A program made the position numbers and the translations under genes. A stretch of DNA of 57,664 bases from Macrostomum lignano (Eukaryota), in the NCBI GenBank assembly GCA_002269645.1, contig NIVC01004152.1:1-57664 (forward strand), written 5' to 3'. Shown piece by piece: positions 1 to 13,230 of the stretch. The stretch's first letter is position 1; the number at the start of each line of letters is the position of its first letter. The notes beneath the pieces are model-generated. The model was not told the origin of the DNA, ran no database searches, and saw only the letters and a list, made by a program, of their open reading frames with translations.

Positions 1-173
1 CTGCTGTTAAGAGTCAATTAACATAAAGCTTAATTAATACATATAGAATTATAGCTACCTTTTTATATGCAGGAACGGAGTCGAGATCAACAACGAATGT
101 CTGCGTTACCACTGTGCCAACAGTTGAGTTCTCAAGAGCAAGGACAGTTTTAACATACTGGCGATTCACAAAA

Positions 174-3100
174 TCAGGGCCATCTGTTGTTAACGTCTAT
201 AATGTTTACACGCTTGTAAACTTCTGTGTATATTTCTCCAATGTCTGGATCTCTATCCTTGTAGCTAACCCTCGAGCGCACGTAGTATTGGTTGTAATTC
301 TGGTAGTCAAACTGTCCAGCCACGGATACAATGCAGTATTCGAGTGCACGCAGTGCTAGTCTCACTTCGCAGGCCAAAGTGTAAATCGAAGGCACTGTTG
401 TTGGTACGTAATTTGCCTCGTGTAGGCTCGTGCCATTCGTATGTTCTTGTTTCGCCTATTGGTGATCTAGCAGTCATTGTGGTGACCACAGTTGATGGAG
501 GGACTGATTCGTTTAGTGAGATGATGAAATTTGAAGGATTCGTGTCTGAAACAGCAGTATGGGTGTCCGTTGCGAATTTGCATTCGACAATACTAGTAAC
601 TAAATTGCATTTGGCAATACTAGTAATCTTAAAAAATCCGGTGCAGTCAGAGAGTCCATATAAGTGTAAGTCATTTGATTCCACGGTTTCGTTACTACTT
701 CAATAGGCTCAGGATTTCTGGCTTCAATTGTTAACTCAACACTTCGTTTTGTGAGGATAACTTGCTAGGCTTGCAGTAGTAGATATGGTTCCCAGGTTTT
801 GTGCTGAGGAAATACTAAAGAGTGTTCTTCCAACTGGTGGATTCGAACTAACGATGAAGTATTGAACAGTTGACTTAGGAGAATCGGGGACATCTGGATC
901 AAAAGCGCACCACGTTACGCGGACAACTGTTCCAGTTGGAGTACTCTGAGCAACAACTCGTGTAATGCTTGAATCACTGTCAAAGACAGGAACTTGATCA
1001 TTAAACGTCAACAAACGAAACTTGAAAGGTGCAATATGCGGTCAAGTTGTTTATTATGTTGATTGCCCTAACGGTAAGCCAAACTTAGCGTCACTAATGG
1101 AGACACTTCAATATCGATTTTTGAGCTAGATGTTATGAGACCTGTAGTTTTGTTAACTAACAAAATAACTTTCCGGATTAGGATTCAGTGTGTTTGTCAA
1201 AATAGCATATTCAATAAGTGCAACAGATGATCTGGGGTCCACTGCGTTGATCTGAAATATGTTTGCATTCTATTTGATAGAAGCAAGTAGAGTAACACAA
1301 GCGGCATGCAAAATAAATCTAAATAAATCTAAGACTCACAGTCATTAGCGTGGTCCCAGCTGCTGCATCGTCGGTGTAATTGACAGAGCTTCTCGGACAG
1401 TTTGTAAAGACCGGAGCAACAGCGGTATAGTCAACAACATTTAAGGTCAAGTAGCCAATTTCACTAGTTAATTGAGTTCCGGCTGGGCAACCCTCGCAGG
1501 TGCCGTCATCGATTGCGCGAAAAGGCAGTATGTAAGACGTGCTCCGCTGGTCCATCAGAGTGGTTGTGCTAACTGATACCATGCCAGTGACTTGATTGAT
1601 TGCAAACAAACTGTTGGTGGCCGAGGGATACTGGCTGCTAGTTGCTGAAAGGCAAGCAATGAAGATCTTGCATTATATGTTCTATTCTAAATTTATATAT
1701 CTAATATTTTTTATTTAGAAGCTTGCGTACTTGTGCCGGTCCAAAAATAATAATTTATGCCGGATCCATCTATATCCAGACCTGCATTTGGATTATGTTA
1801 GTACCAGCCGGAGCGTTCTTATCGAGAACGCTGGTAAAGTTTTTTACCAAAGGCGCATTGTCGTTGACATTCTGTACACCAATGACTACAGTTGATGTCG
1901 CTCGTCGAGAGGGACCAGAGACGCCGTCGGAAACAGAAATTGTAAACGAATACTGTTTGCGTCCTTTGGGTAGACTTTCATAGTCCATTGGTCTGCAATT
2001 TATGAATGGAAGAATATATTAAAACTGAATCAAAACTTTGGGCGCTAAGTAGGATTTTCTACGATTCAATTTGCCAAAAGTACAGAACCAGCACAAACAG
2101 CCAACCAACTTGAACCAGAGACAATGTTGAAAGCGCTGTGAGAGATACAATTTAGACTACTGATAAAGTAGACGAAAGATTAGAATCGTAAAATGCCTCA
2201 CAAAGCCCGAAAAAATAGCCATAAAAGAAACGTCTTTTTAGTCTATGAGTGGTGGGAGAGGACGTCGTGTGGCTGTGTCTGACGAAGGCAAACAAGCCAG
2301 AAACCAGTCTCGGTGTGCCTGCTCGAGGTTCGATCCCCACTTTTAGTGTGTCACAGGTGCTAGTAAATTATGGTTAAAATTACGCAGGCTAAGTGTATTG
2401 CTGTTGCGAATATATAAAATTGAGCGGCTCACTTGATGAGAGTTATAACTGCTTCATTTGTCTCCATATCGCGGGAAACATTGAAATAGTCGCTGTTAGT
2501 TCCGCTCAGCGTGTATTCGAGTAGAGAATAAACTGGCGAGTCGCTGTCAATGGCTGAAATGCGGTAAACCTCCGTGTTCACAGGCGTGCTCTCTGGAGTT
2601 AAAGTGGGCTTAACATAGTAGTCAATATAGAAAAAGGGCCGGTTGTCGTTGATATCGACGAGCTGAACAGCGACTTCAACTTCGGAGCTTCTGGGCGACG
2701 GGCTGGTGGCATTCTCGGTGCAGATGACGGTGAAGAACCACATCTTTGTGTTGCTTGGCACGTCATAATCAAATCGAGCACGAGAGTACACAGTTCCATT
2801 CGAGTCCATCGACAGTGCGGCGGCAACGTTTGGTCGCATTCTCGATGTCAGGGTGACAGTTGTCCACATGTTATTGATGCTCATGCACCTGATCTGTCCG
2901 ATTCTGAAAGTTGAAGCGGCTTTTGTTTTTTCTCTCCATTTTAAACTTTGAAATGCTTTGTAGAGCTAGAATAGAAGCAGGAACTAGCAATCTTCGCCCC
3001 CCGATGAGGGGCATCTGGATAGAATCTCTGTTCTCTACAAGTAACAAAAAGACAGTCAAATAAAGCCTTCACAAAGAAAACAGACAAACTGCTCAAATGA

Positions 3101-4687
3101 AGTGCAATGCAAAAAGAAATCATCCCAAGACAGCAAGCATCCCCCAGATAGCAAGCATCTCCCAGATAGCAAGCATCCCCCAGATAGCAAGCATCCCCAG
3201 ATAGCAAGCATCCCCAGATACACTTTAGCTGATGCCTGTTGGAATTATTTGATCTTGTCAATGAATTAGCTTTGTTTGTTGTCATTTCTCTTCACTTTAT
3301 CTTCCTAAATTTTATGGTTTTAGTCGCATCATTTTAAAAAATGCGCAAAAAATTTTACAATACTAATTAGCAAAATGTTGTAGTAGAAACGCTAGTAGAC
3401 TTGACGCAAAATTATAAAAAATACAAAGTTCATTAAAAACAGGTCTAAAGATAAGCGAATTGAATTTGCGCCGATATTTGAATCCTGCATGGCCTACTTT
3501 GCATTATTAAAATTGGAGTTCATCTGAACATTTCTGCCAAATAAATCATTGGTTAAAATTGTTTATCAACTGTTTAATACCTTTGAATCTGACAGGCAGA
3601 TACATTTCAGTGAACTCTAGTAGCCAATAGAATTTGTACAGGGGACGCACCAATCTGTATTAGCGAGTTTTTTTTCCATAGACTCTGCAGGCGAGCAATT
3701 CTTTCTTATTTCTCTGTCTATTGGGTTCATGGGTGATGGAATACCATGGATTTCTCGTCTGAAGCAAATGATATGTTTGTAAAAATGATCCTACCAAATT
3801 TTCACAATAATTTTACTGAGCAGTCCAACCATAACAACTCACCTAGTAGTGGGCTCGGTCTCTTCGTTCAGATAGAAATGGTAATAGTCTTCACTGAATA
3901 TTGGCGGCTGGAAGGTGGTGAAGACTCGCACAAAAGCGTAGCCGTATTTGGTCAGCGGCGAGCTGCTGTTCAGGTTGACCGCCCGAACGCCCATATCGTA
4001 GAACTTCCTCGAAGGAAAAACTTCGTTCTCCTTGGTGACTAGGAGGCCCAAGTCTGGAACAACGCGAAATCGACCTTCGGCTCGACCTTCCATGCCCGGG
4101 ATGAACTCGTAAGTGAGGTTGGCCGCCTCGCCGCTGGGCACCTTTGCCTGGGTGAAATTTATTGCGGCAATCTTGCGCATTCGTCTGAGTTTAATATTAT
4201 AATAGAACAAGAGTAATAATTGATTTCACCTGCCCCAATCGGCAGATGTGCAACCGACAGCTCAGCCGCAGCTATTGTGCGGTGCATCTGAAGGCTGCGT
4301 ACGGCTGTTCAGTCCAAGGACTGGGGGGTCGCCACACACAGCCTCAATTACCCCAGCTAATGCTGGCACCCATTTTACAGCTGGGTGAACTGAAGCAATG
4401 TGTCTCACTCAAGGACACAAATTGTTCTGAGTGGGTCGAGAATCGAACCCCCGACCTTTCAGTCGTGAGTCCCATGCTTTAACTGCTACTCTACACCAAA
4501 TAGAAATACCTAGAGAGTAAAGAATTAATGTATCATTTACTTTTTAATTCTTACTTTTAAAGTTATCAGAATACAATGCGAAACACCAAGTTTTAAAAAT
4601 GGCCCTAAAACGGCCGTTAGAATGGAGTGATTTAGAACTCTTTATGAGTACATTTTACCAAAAATATATTAAATACTAGGTTATATT

Positions 4688-4730
<43 letters not shown>

Positions 4731-5860
4731 TTAATAATAATAATATTAATAGCTTACATCCATTCGATACGTCATCGCACCGTCTAGTGTGTTGACTTCG
4801 CGGTATAAAACGGTCCAAGCCATGTCTGTGTACTTGCTGATAACTGGACTCAACGATGGAGCCTTCTGCACCTGGAGCTCGCAGTCCAGCACGCGGTAGA
4901 CTGAAACAGGCGAAATTATCAACAAGCTCCTTTAATATGCTGTTTATACTTGAAAACAGGCTTCTTATGCAACAACTTACTGCCTCGAAAGTTGGCTGTT
5001 GCCACTATAACACTGAACAGGATACTCGGCTTATCGGCAAAGCTCAGCTGTTCGTCTAACTTGAGAACAACTTTGCTGGTGACCGGATCCATTTCTAGCT
5101 CATGCGGCGCCGGCACCATGAAGATGTACCGCTCCCGTGAGCTGGGTGTAGACACAACATCGAACAGAGAGCTACCAGGTGACGCGCTTTCGATAGCGCG
5201 AAAAACTGTCCTTGGCGAAGCTTGGCGCTTGACCCGGTTTAGATATTCGTCGTCTGTTTTTGCCGGCCGAGCCTGGCCTTTGTTTCTAACCGGAATAATA
5301 GGAAACTGCGGCAGCATGTACGGCAGATTTGGTTCCGGCTTTGTTTCTGCTTTCATTTCTTCTTCAGACTGCGGCTCTGGTTGCGTCTTCACCGGAGGCT
5401 CGGTTTGACGCTCTTCAGCAGACAAGTACTTTAGTACCGGTGACTCGTTCTGGTCCGGAGAAGCTGAGCCAGAGATGAAGATGTACAACTTTTTAGCCAG
5501 TTGACGGGTCTTCGAGCTCAGTAGCTGCAATTGCAGTACCTGGCCGGCCAGTCGGTGAATATAGCCGTTCAGCTGCAAGTGATGGTCGCCTTTGTCCTTA
5601 ACTAGACTGAACCATTCGTGAGAACCGTCGATAATGTTGTTTAGTTCGACGCCAAACAGCCACGGAGCATTCCGGTAGAGCTTTGCACCGACGCGGGTGT
5701 TGTGCGGCAGCTCCAGTCGCACCGAGTCCACCGCGCTCTTTTGCTCAGGCGACGCTGGGGTGGATGAAGAAGCGACGGCAAGGTGACCACTGGCCAGGAT
5801 AGTGACGAACAGTAGAAAGAGGTGACGTTTCACCGCGGATGGATGACTACCAACAGCCAT
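174..5860 (-). CDS. Large classical-type cadherin, DN-cadherin (CadN)/type III-like, 5' part only; 3' part lies beyond position 1
   Basis: ATG at 5860, signal-peptide-like MAVGSHPSAVKRHLFLLFVTILASGHLAVA, furin-type RVKR. Phase-consistent exons: 4981-5860, 4758-4900, 3843-4147, 2433-2903, 1731-1992, 1340-1644, then 1251 down to about 174 (internal structure unresolved). EC motifs: VDINDNRPFF, QNVNDNAPL, DVNDQVPVF, AIDSD, FDYD/MDYE. RAIDDGTCEGC...APVFTNC resembles the Cys-containing EC repeat of Drosophila CadN (from memory). Several 1-nt indels left of 1800. Confidence 0.85.
3130..3215. repeat. 18-20 bp tandem repeat (CCCCAGATAGCAAGCATC), about 5 copies
   Basis: Seen directly. Confidence 0.9.
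4213..4497 (-). mobile_element. SINE family A copy in cadherin intron
   Basis: Reverse complement of 32572-32880 with shared blocks CAGCTCAGCCGCAGCTATTG, GAAGGCTGCGTACGGCTGTTCA and GAGAATCGAACCCCCGACC. Confidence 0.85.
4690..4750. repeat. (AAT)n microsatellite
   Basis: Seen directly, next to the cadherin donor at 4757. Confidence 0.9.
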
Positions 5861-7769
5861 TTTGTGGCCGTCTTTCACGATTTATATCGCTTTTAGCTAT
5901 TCCAGTTCTCTGTCAGCCGTTCTTTGTCAGATAGTTTTTCTCTACTAATATTGGATATTGGATGAAGCGGTGGATAACAACACTAAAATTTGAAGACGGT
6001 GGGAGCCACGGGGGCAGGGTAGCTTTTGGCTGTGCCGTCGAGCGCAGACTTCGAACTGGCGTTTATCCGGGCTTGGGTGGTGGAGAGGGGTTGGTTAGTG
6101 GCGGGAGGGTAGTCCAGTAAGGAGAGAGCGAGAGGTAGAGTTAGTAACTGTTGTTTTGGTGGAAGAAGGGTTGAGAGAGACAACATGAGAAGGGCAATAG
6201 AAAACTGGTGGCTCAAAGGCAGGGAGGAGGGGCGGTCGCACAGGCTCTGCGGCGGCAGCAGTGCGCTCAGTAGGTGAGCCGCCTGCCTCTGCCAACTACC
6301 CAGCTTTATCAGAAACACAATGGGAGCACACTTGAACGTCTATAGCGGACAATGTGTATGACAGTACCAAACCGTGCCTGCAGCCCGGGAGTCTCCCTCG
6401 TGTTCTAATTCCTCTGACAATGAGTCATACTCAGTGGCGCACGCGCACAATCCTGCATGGGGAGCGCAGTTGGGCGTACCCCTAATGCGAGAGCATCGCT
6501 ACAGTGGTACTGACGCTTCCTTCCAACAGCACTTTAGCCAGATATGAGCATAGCTCTACTAAGCAGACGGCAGGGATTAGCCGCTTGGTAGTCAATAATC
6601 CCATTCAGTCAGATCTGTACTCGTACTGTAGGGTAGAAGCAGTTTTACTAAAGAGCAGTAGCTCCACGACACTTCTTGACCTACATGTATTCTTTTGACT
6701 ACAATTTAATGCGATTTTAGATTAGAAATCAAGCCAATAAAGAAATGTACTGAAGCTCTGAAGGCATTCTTTAGCTGCTTGTGGGTTCATCATATTTCTG
6801 TTTTCAGCCTCAGTTTGCAAGCTAGCGAGACCAGTTTGTCAAAGTAAATGTAAACTGCGAGCTGGGGCATCAAGAACATAGTTAATTGCGATGAAGCTAC
6901 GACATTGCTTCAATCCTGTCAACCCGCCTGAGGGTAGCATTGGCTGAGACTTGGTCTTAAGAGTTGCGGAGTTGCTAGCTATCCAAAGCACCCAGAGTAG
7001 AGACTAAAAATTGCAGAGATGGGGGGGTAATTTTCTTCGGTGCACCAGATTAATTGCCTGGGGGCATCGGTCCGCCGAGCCTTTTCAAGCGTGACACAGC
7101 AACTCTCGGGCTGTCTTCGCTTAGCGAACCAAAGCAAGAACTCCGCCTTGAGTTGGGTGGCTAAGTCTCCATTGTTCGCTTGTTTTTCATCTTTCTAGGG
7201 GGGGAGGGTTAAGTTATTCATTTTTCGTTTTTTCGTTTTTTTCTCTTGCACCGAAATAAACTACTGTTTATTCTACAAAAACGTGCTCTGAATTTGTGGT
7301 TAATTTGCACAGCACAGACTTGCATGTGTCTGCGCATAACTCTGATATTGTTACTCTTCTATGTTTAAGTTCTCAAGCTCGAGAATTTTATTAAAATGAA
7401 ATTATTTTAGATCAGAATTAAGAATAGACTAAAAACCAAAGAGATATTTGGTTTGTTCTTGACGAAGGACACACGCTATTAGTGATGAAATACTTCATCT
7501 AACCCTAGTATGGTTCCTACCAGAGATTGCTTGCTCTCGGGGGATGCTTGCTCGGGAGAAGTTTTAGTTCTTTCCCTTTCTTCACTTCTCTGATCCAACC
7601 CCCCGGCTGAGAACTCGGTTATACTTCTCGGAAAGAATATATTTCTTAATCTTTTGGTCGGTCCATTGATTTATCTGGCCCGGATGGTAATTTCTTTGGC
7701 CGGGCCAAAGAAACAACAATTACATTGAACCATAGATATACGCTCGTACATGGAGCGGCCAAATGGGGA

Positions 7770-8188
7770 AGAATTGCTGAGATGTCAAGTGTTGGGGAAT
7801 TGCTGAGATGTCAAGTGTTGGGGGAATTGCTGAGATGTCAAGTGTTGGGGGAATTGCTGAGATGTCAAGTGTTGGGGGAATTGCTGAGATGTCAAGTGTT
7901 GGGGGAATTGCTGAGATGTCAAGTGTTGGGGGAATTGCTGAGATGTCAAGTGTTGGGGGAATTGCTGAGATGTCAAGTGTTGGGGGAATTGCTGAGATGT
8001 CAAGTGTTGGGGGAATTGCTGAGATGTCAAGTGTTGGGGGAATTGCTGAGATGTCAAGTGTTAGGGGAATTGCTGAGATGTCAAGTGTTGGGGGAATTGC
8101 TGAGATGTCAAGTGTTAGGGGAATTGCTGAGATGTCAAGTGTTGGGGGAATTGCTGAGATGTCAAGTCTTGGGGGGATTGCTGAGATA
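7770..8188. repeat. 27-bp minisatellite (GCTGAGATGTCAAGTGTTGGGGGAATT), about 15 copies
   Basis: Seen directly; explains ORFs 7720-8280, 7725-8198 and 7808-8191. Confidence 0.95.
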
Positions 8189-8314
8189 TAAATGCTGAGG
8201 TCAGAAGCTACATGTAGTTTATTAAAAAAATTATTACAATCTTTGTTTGCTCCCCAACGGGGGCGTAGATTGCTAATCAAGCAACTAAAGTAAGACGCTG
8301 CACTCGCGAGTCGT

Positions 8315-8793
8315 GCGAATTACGCTGGAGGCCGGGTTTCGATGCGAAATGCACTGGCGAGATGGGAAGGTTTCAGTTTTTAGCAGTACTGAATTCCCAA
8401 TATCTCACCTTCTGGATTCCCGAATTGCGAATGCAGCCAGCAGGTTTTTGTCCGAGCTGCGCTCACAAGATTGAAAAAATCGGGGGAGCAAGAAGCAGTC
8501 AAAATGCAGCTGTGTTTTCTTAACAGATTTGGGAGTTTTTACAGCACAGCGCTGAGTGGGGTTTGGCCATAGACAAATCCGTCCAGACAAAACACTGCAG
8601 AGACAGGAGCGGCTGGAATTTCGCCGCAACTTTGCTTGCTTGCCGGTCTCCGGCAGCAGTTCATGAAAAAGCAGCTTGATAAACTTGTGAGCGCAGCTCG
8701 GACAAAACACCTGCTGGCTGCATCTGCAATTCGGAAGTCCAGCAGGTGAGATGTTGGGAATTCGCAGCGAAAACCGACAGCCTCCGGCGAATT
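8315..8793. mobile_element. Fold-back (long inverted repeat) element
   Basis: 8391-8469 and 8684-8763 are near-perfect reverse complements (about 80 bp); outer arms at about 8318-8345 and 8763-8793; related copy at 32170-32525. Confidence 0.7.
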
Positions 8794-11269
8794 CTGCAAG
8801 ACATGCAAATTCTAGCTGCCATGGGCGCTATTCAAATTGCCGCACTAACAAACCACACGGCTGGTGCACAAAGCGGTGAAAAATTATGCATGAACACAGT
8901 ACTCTGCAGCCGATTAGCTAATAATATAGGGGGCACATTGTAATATGAATAACATCGGTATCAAAAATATATCAGTACCGATATGGGGTATTTTTCCCTA
9001 TTCATTGTGAATGCAATCAAAGGAATGAGAGTCTGTGCGGTATAGAATTGACTCAGAGGTGCCAAGGTGAGCGAGCTTAACAGTGTTGGCATAATGTATA
9101 ATGCACAAGACGCAATTTCCGTTCGAAGCGACAATACCTGTCCAGGGACAACTGGAAAGGGTCCCTGGACCTGGATCCCTGGATCCCTGGACCCTGGAAT
9201 AGATACGCAAAATACGGGAAACGCCTCAATTCATGCAGAAAAAGCTTGAAGGCCTGTTTATTTCTGTGTCTATGTGTCTATTATAGCGTAATTATGTGTC
9301 TATGGCTGCATTTTGGCGCATGCTTGTAGCATTCGATTTTAGCTACAAGCGCCTTAGTTGCCAGCTATAGCTATATACGCACTCATGTGACATACACGAG
9401 CCGTGACTAAAACTTACAAGCAGACCGAAACACCCAAGACCGATGTTTTCAATACGACGTATTTAGTAAAACTGCTGTCGATCAATTTACAAGTGCATTT
9501 TTGTTGACTATAAGTCCATCAACATGTTATTTCTTTGCTGCCTCGTTAAGTAACTATTTTAACCCAGTTCTGCTTGTACTTGTGTAGCAAATAGTTTATC
9601 CATCTCATTGTAATAGCGCTGTTGAGGCAAGAGTCATCAAGAATAGAATCGGCATCCGACTGTTCACGATACAAGTTGCGATCGGGGTAAAATTTTACTA
9701 GTCCTAGTCGTTTAGCTTTCTTGCTTAAAACATGCTGTTGCATCATTTTTGCGTCACACGTGTTGTAATAACTTTACGGTATTTGTATTGTATCTTCTGT
9801 TCAAAATATCAATTCTAATTGTTTCCATTTTCCTAAACAGCACATTTGCATTCGCGATCATGTATTTAATAGCCCATAGGAATAGCACTAAAAAGTCATG
9901 GACACGTAGAAATGAACAGGCCTTCAAGTTTTTTGCATGAATTAAGACGTTTCCCGTCCCCCTTTCTAGTTGTCCTTGTACCTGCCCTGAAAAATATTCT
10001 GTATTAAGAATGCTAATTTGCCTATGCATATGACACTTCTATTTCCTAATACTGTTGCTTGGTAGGGCGTCAAACACAAGGTTTTTTAAGTTCAATTAGA
10101 GTACCGAAAGTAGCACTGTCTGATCCCTCTCCGTGTCTGAATCCAATTATATAGGCCCCTCTCCGTGTCTGAATCCAATCATATAGGAGTCTTATTGTAC
10201 TGGTAATTAATATTTGCAAGAAAATATTAATATGTCTGCAAATTTACCAAAGCGGAGAGAAAGTGGACTGACTGCCTATTTTGGCGCGTTCTGGTATGCA
10301 TTGAGAGCTGCTGCTTAGTCGGCAGCACTAGGGGCGCCACCCAAATTTTCACGCAATAACTTGAGCAGACCTGAACAGAGGGCAGTGCGAAACTTTAATA
10401 GGCGAATAGCGCGGGACCAACTGAGGGTCGGCGTGTGGAATTCTCACCCATCACAGACTGCGGGCAGACACTTCCAATCCAATTTCCCTGTCCAGGACTC
10501 CTTGACTAGCAAGCTCTGCCCTCTACTGGCTGCGCAAGCAAGAGAAGAAAATGTTTCTGAAGCACAATGGAAGAATCAATGAGGGGACTAGCTAACAGCT
10601 TGAGTCTTACTGCACTAAGACTGAGTCAGCAAGCGCTGACAAAGCTATAAAATGTCTTTTCTTTTCGTCTAGCTCTACATAAGCCTAGAGTGGGGTTTAG
10701 CAAAGTCTGCAGCTGCTAGGGCCATCAAAAAGACATTCAACTTCAGCTTGCTATTGTTAAAGAAAAATGTAGCCACCGTAGTTCTTTTGTGCATTTTTCT
10801 GCTTCTCTCACTCACTATACTCTTCTTTCGTAACGCACCTCCATCTGTGCCTGACTCGTTGCTTCCGAGCTCTTCTCTATTGTGCTCGATCTTCGAGCTG
10901 GGCTTCCATGCGTCTTTATTATTAAATCTCGGGAAACAAACGCGTCAAACCGACATTAACAAAACATTCTTTAACTTAATCGCGTACTCATTTACATGTG
11001 CCCGGTTTATTTGTTAAAATATGTTTACTAGAAAAATAGGCTGCACTATGGACAGCTAATCATTGCTTGCATCATTTTTATAACTATAAAATGTATCGCT
11101 ATTACACTAAAGGTGAAACACTTGATCTATCCTTTCCAATGGACGTCTTCCCAAGTTCAAAAAAGACCTTGAAATAACATTGAAATAGTGCTTGCAGTCA
11201 GTATAGACATCAAGCTGACGCCCCTGGCACCTATGACCAGTTGCCTTTGTAGCTGCCACCATTGCCTCT

Positions 11270-13230
11270 GCAGCTTCCATTATTGTCCCCGTAGCTTCTA
11301 TTATTGTCCCTGCAGCTTCCATTGTTTTTCATGTAGCTTCCATTTATTGTTCATGTAGCTTCCAATATTGTTCATGTAGCTTCCATTATTGTCCCTGTAG
11401 CTTCCATTGTTTTTCATGTAGCTTCCATTTATTGTTCATGTAGCTTCCATTGTTTTTCATGTAGCTTCCATTTATTGTTCATGTAGCTTCCATTGTTTTT
11501 CATGTAGCTTCCATTTATTGTTCATGTAGCTTCCATTGTTGTTCATGTAGCTTCCATTTATTGTTCATGTAGCTTCCATTATTGTCCCTGTAGCTTCCAT
11601 TGTTTTTCATGTAGCTTCCATTTATTGTTCATGTAGCTTCCATTGTTTTTCATGTAGCTTCCATTTATTGTTCATGTAGCTTCCATTGTTTTTCATGTAG
11701 CTTCCATTTATTGTTCATGTAGCTTCCATTGTTGTTCATGTAGCTTCCATTTATTGTTCATGTAGCTTCCATTGTTGTTCATGTAGCTTCCATTGTTTTT
11801 CATGTAGCTTCCATTTATTGTTCATGTAGCTTCCATTTATTGTTCATGTAGCTTCCATTGTTGTTCATGTAGCTTCCATTGTTTTTCATGTAGCTTCCAT
11901 TTATTGTTCATGTAGCTTCCATTGTTTTTCATGTAGCTTCCATTATTATCCCTGTAGCTTCCAATATTGTCCCTGTAGCTTCCATTATTATTCCTGCAGC
12001 TTCCATTATTGTCCCTGCAGCTTCCATTATTATCCCTGCAGCTTCCATTATGGTCCCTGTAGCTTCCATTGTTTTTCATGTAGCTTCCATTTATTGTTCA
12101 TGTAGCTTCCAATATTGTTCATGTAGCTTCCAATATTGTCCCTGCAGCTTCCATTATTGTCCCGCAGCTTCCATTATTGTCCCTGCAGCTTCCATTATTG
12201 TCCCTGCAGCTTCCATTATTATCCCTGCAGCTTCCATTATGGTCCCTGTAGCTTCCATTGTTTTTCATGTAGCTTCCATTTATTGTTCATGTAGCTTCCA
12301 ATATTGTTCATGTAGCTTCCAATATTGTCCCTGCAGCTTCCATTATTGTCCCGCAGCTTCCATTTTGTCCCTGCAGCTTCCATTATTGTCCCTGCAGCTT
12401 CCATTATTATCCCTGCAGCTTCCATTATTGTCCCTGCAGCTTCCATTATTGTCCCGCAGCTTCCATTATTGTCCCGCAGCTTCCATTATTGTCCCGCAGC
12501 TTCCATTATTGTCCCTGCAGCTTCCATTATTGTCCCTGCAGCTTCCATTATTGTCCCTGCAGCTTCCATTATTGTCCCTGCAGATTCCATTGTTTTTCAT
12601 GTAGCTTCCATTTATTGTTCATGTAGCTTCCAATATTGTTCATGTAGCTTCCAATATTGTTCATGTAGCTTCCAATATTATCCCTGCAGCTTCCATTATT
12701 GTTCATGTAGCTTAGATTATTGTCCCTGCAGCTTCCATTTTTGTCCCTGTAGCTTCCGTTGTTTTTCATGTAGCTTCCAATATTGTTCATGTAGCTTCCA
12801 TTATTGTCCCTGTAGCTTCCATTGTTTTTCATGTAGCTTCCAATATTGTTCATGTAGCTTCCAATATTGTTCATGTAGCTTCCATTATTGTTCCTGCAGC
12901 TTCCATTATTGTCCCTGCAGCTTCCATTTTTGTCCCTGTAGCTTCCGTTGTTTTTCATGTAGCTTCCATTATTGTTCATGTAGCTTCCAATATTGTTCAT
13001 GAAGCTTCCATTATTATCCCTGCAGCTTCCATTATTGTCCCTGCAGCTTCCATTATTGTCCCTGCAGCTTCCATTATTGTCCCTGCAGCTTCCATTATTG
13101 TCCCTGCAGATTCCATTGTTTTTCATGTAGCTTCCATTTATTGTTCATGTAGCTTCCAATATTGTTCATGTAGCTTCCATTATTGTCCCTGCAGCTTCCA
13201 TTATTGTCCCTGCAGCTTCCATTATTGTCT
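11270..13230. repeat. About 2 kb 21/22-bp satellite (GTAGCTTCCATT-core) with higher-order blocks
   Basis: Variants GTAGCTTCCATTGTTTTTCAT, GTAGCTTCCATTTATTGTTCAT and GCAGCTTCCATTATTGTCCCT recur in ordered blocks. Confidence 0.95.

Noticed and set aside
10125-10188. Two-copy direct repeat of about 32 bp (CCCTCTCCGTGTCTGAATCCAAT..ATAGG)
   Set aside because: Simple local duplication with no associated structure.
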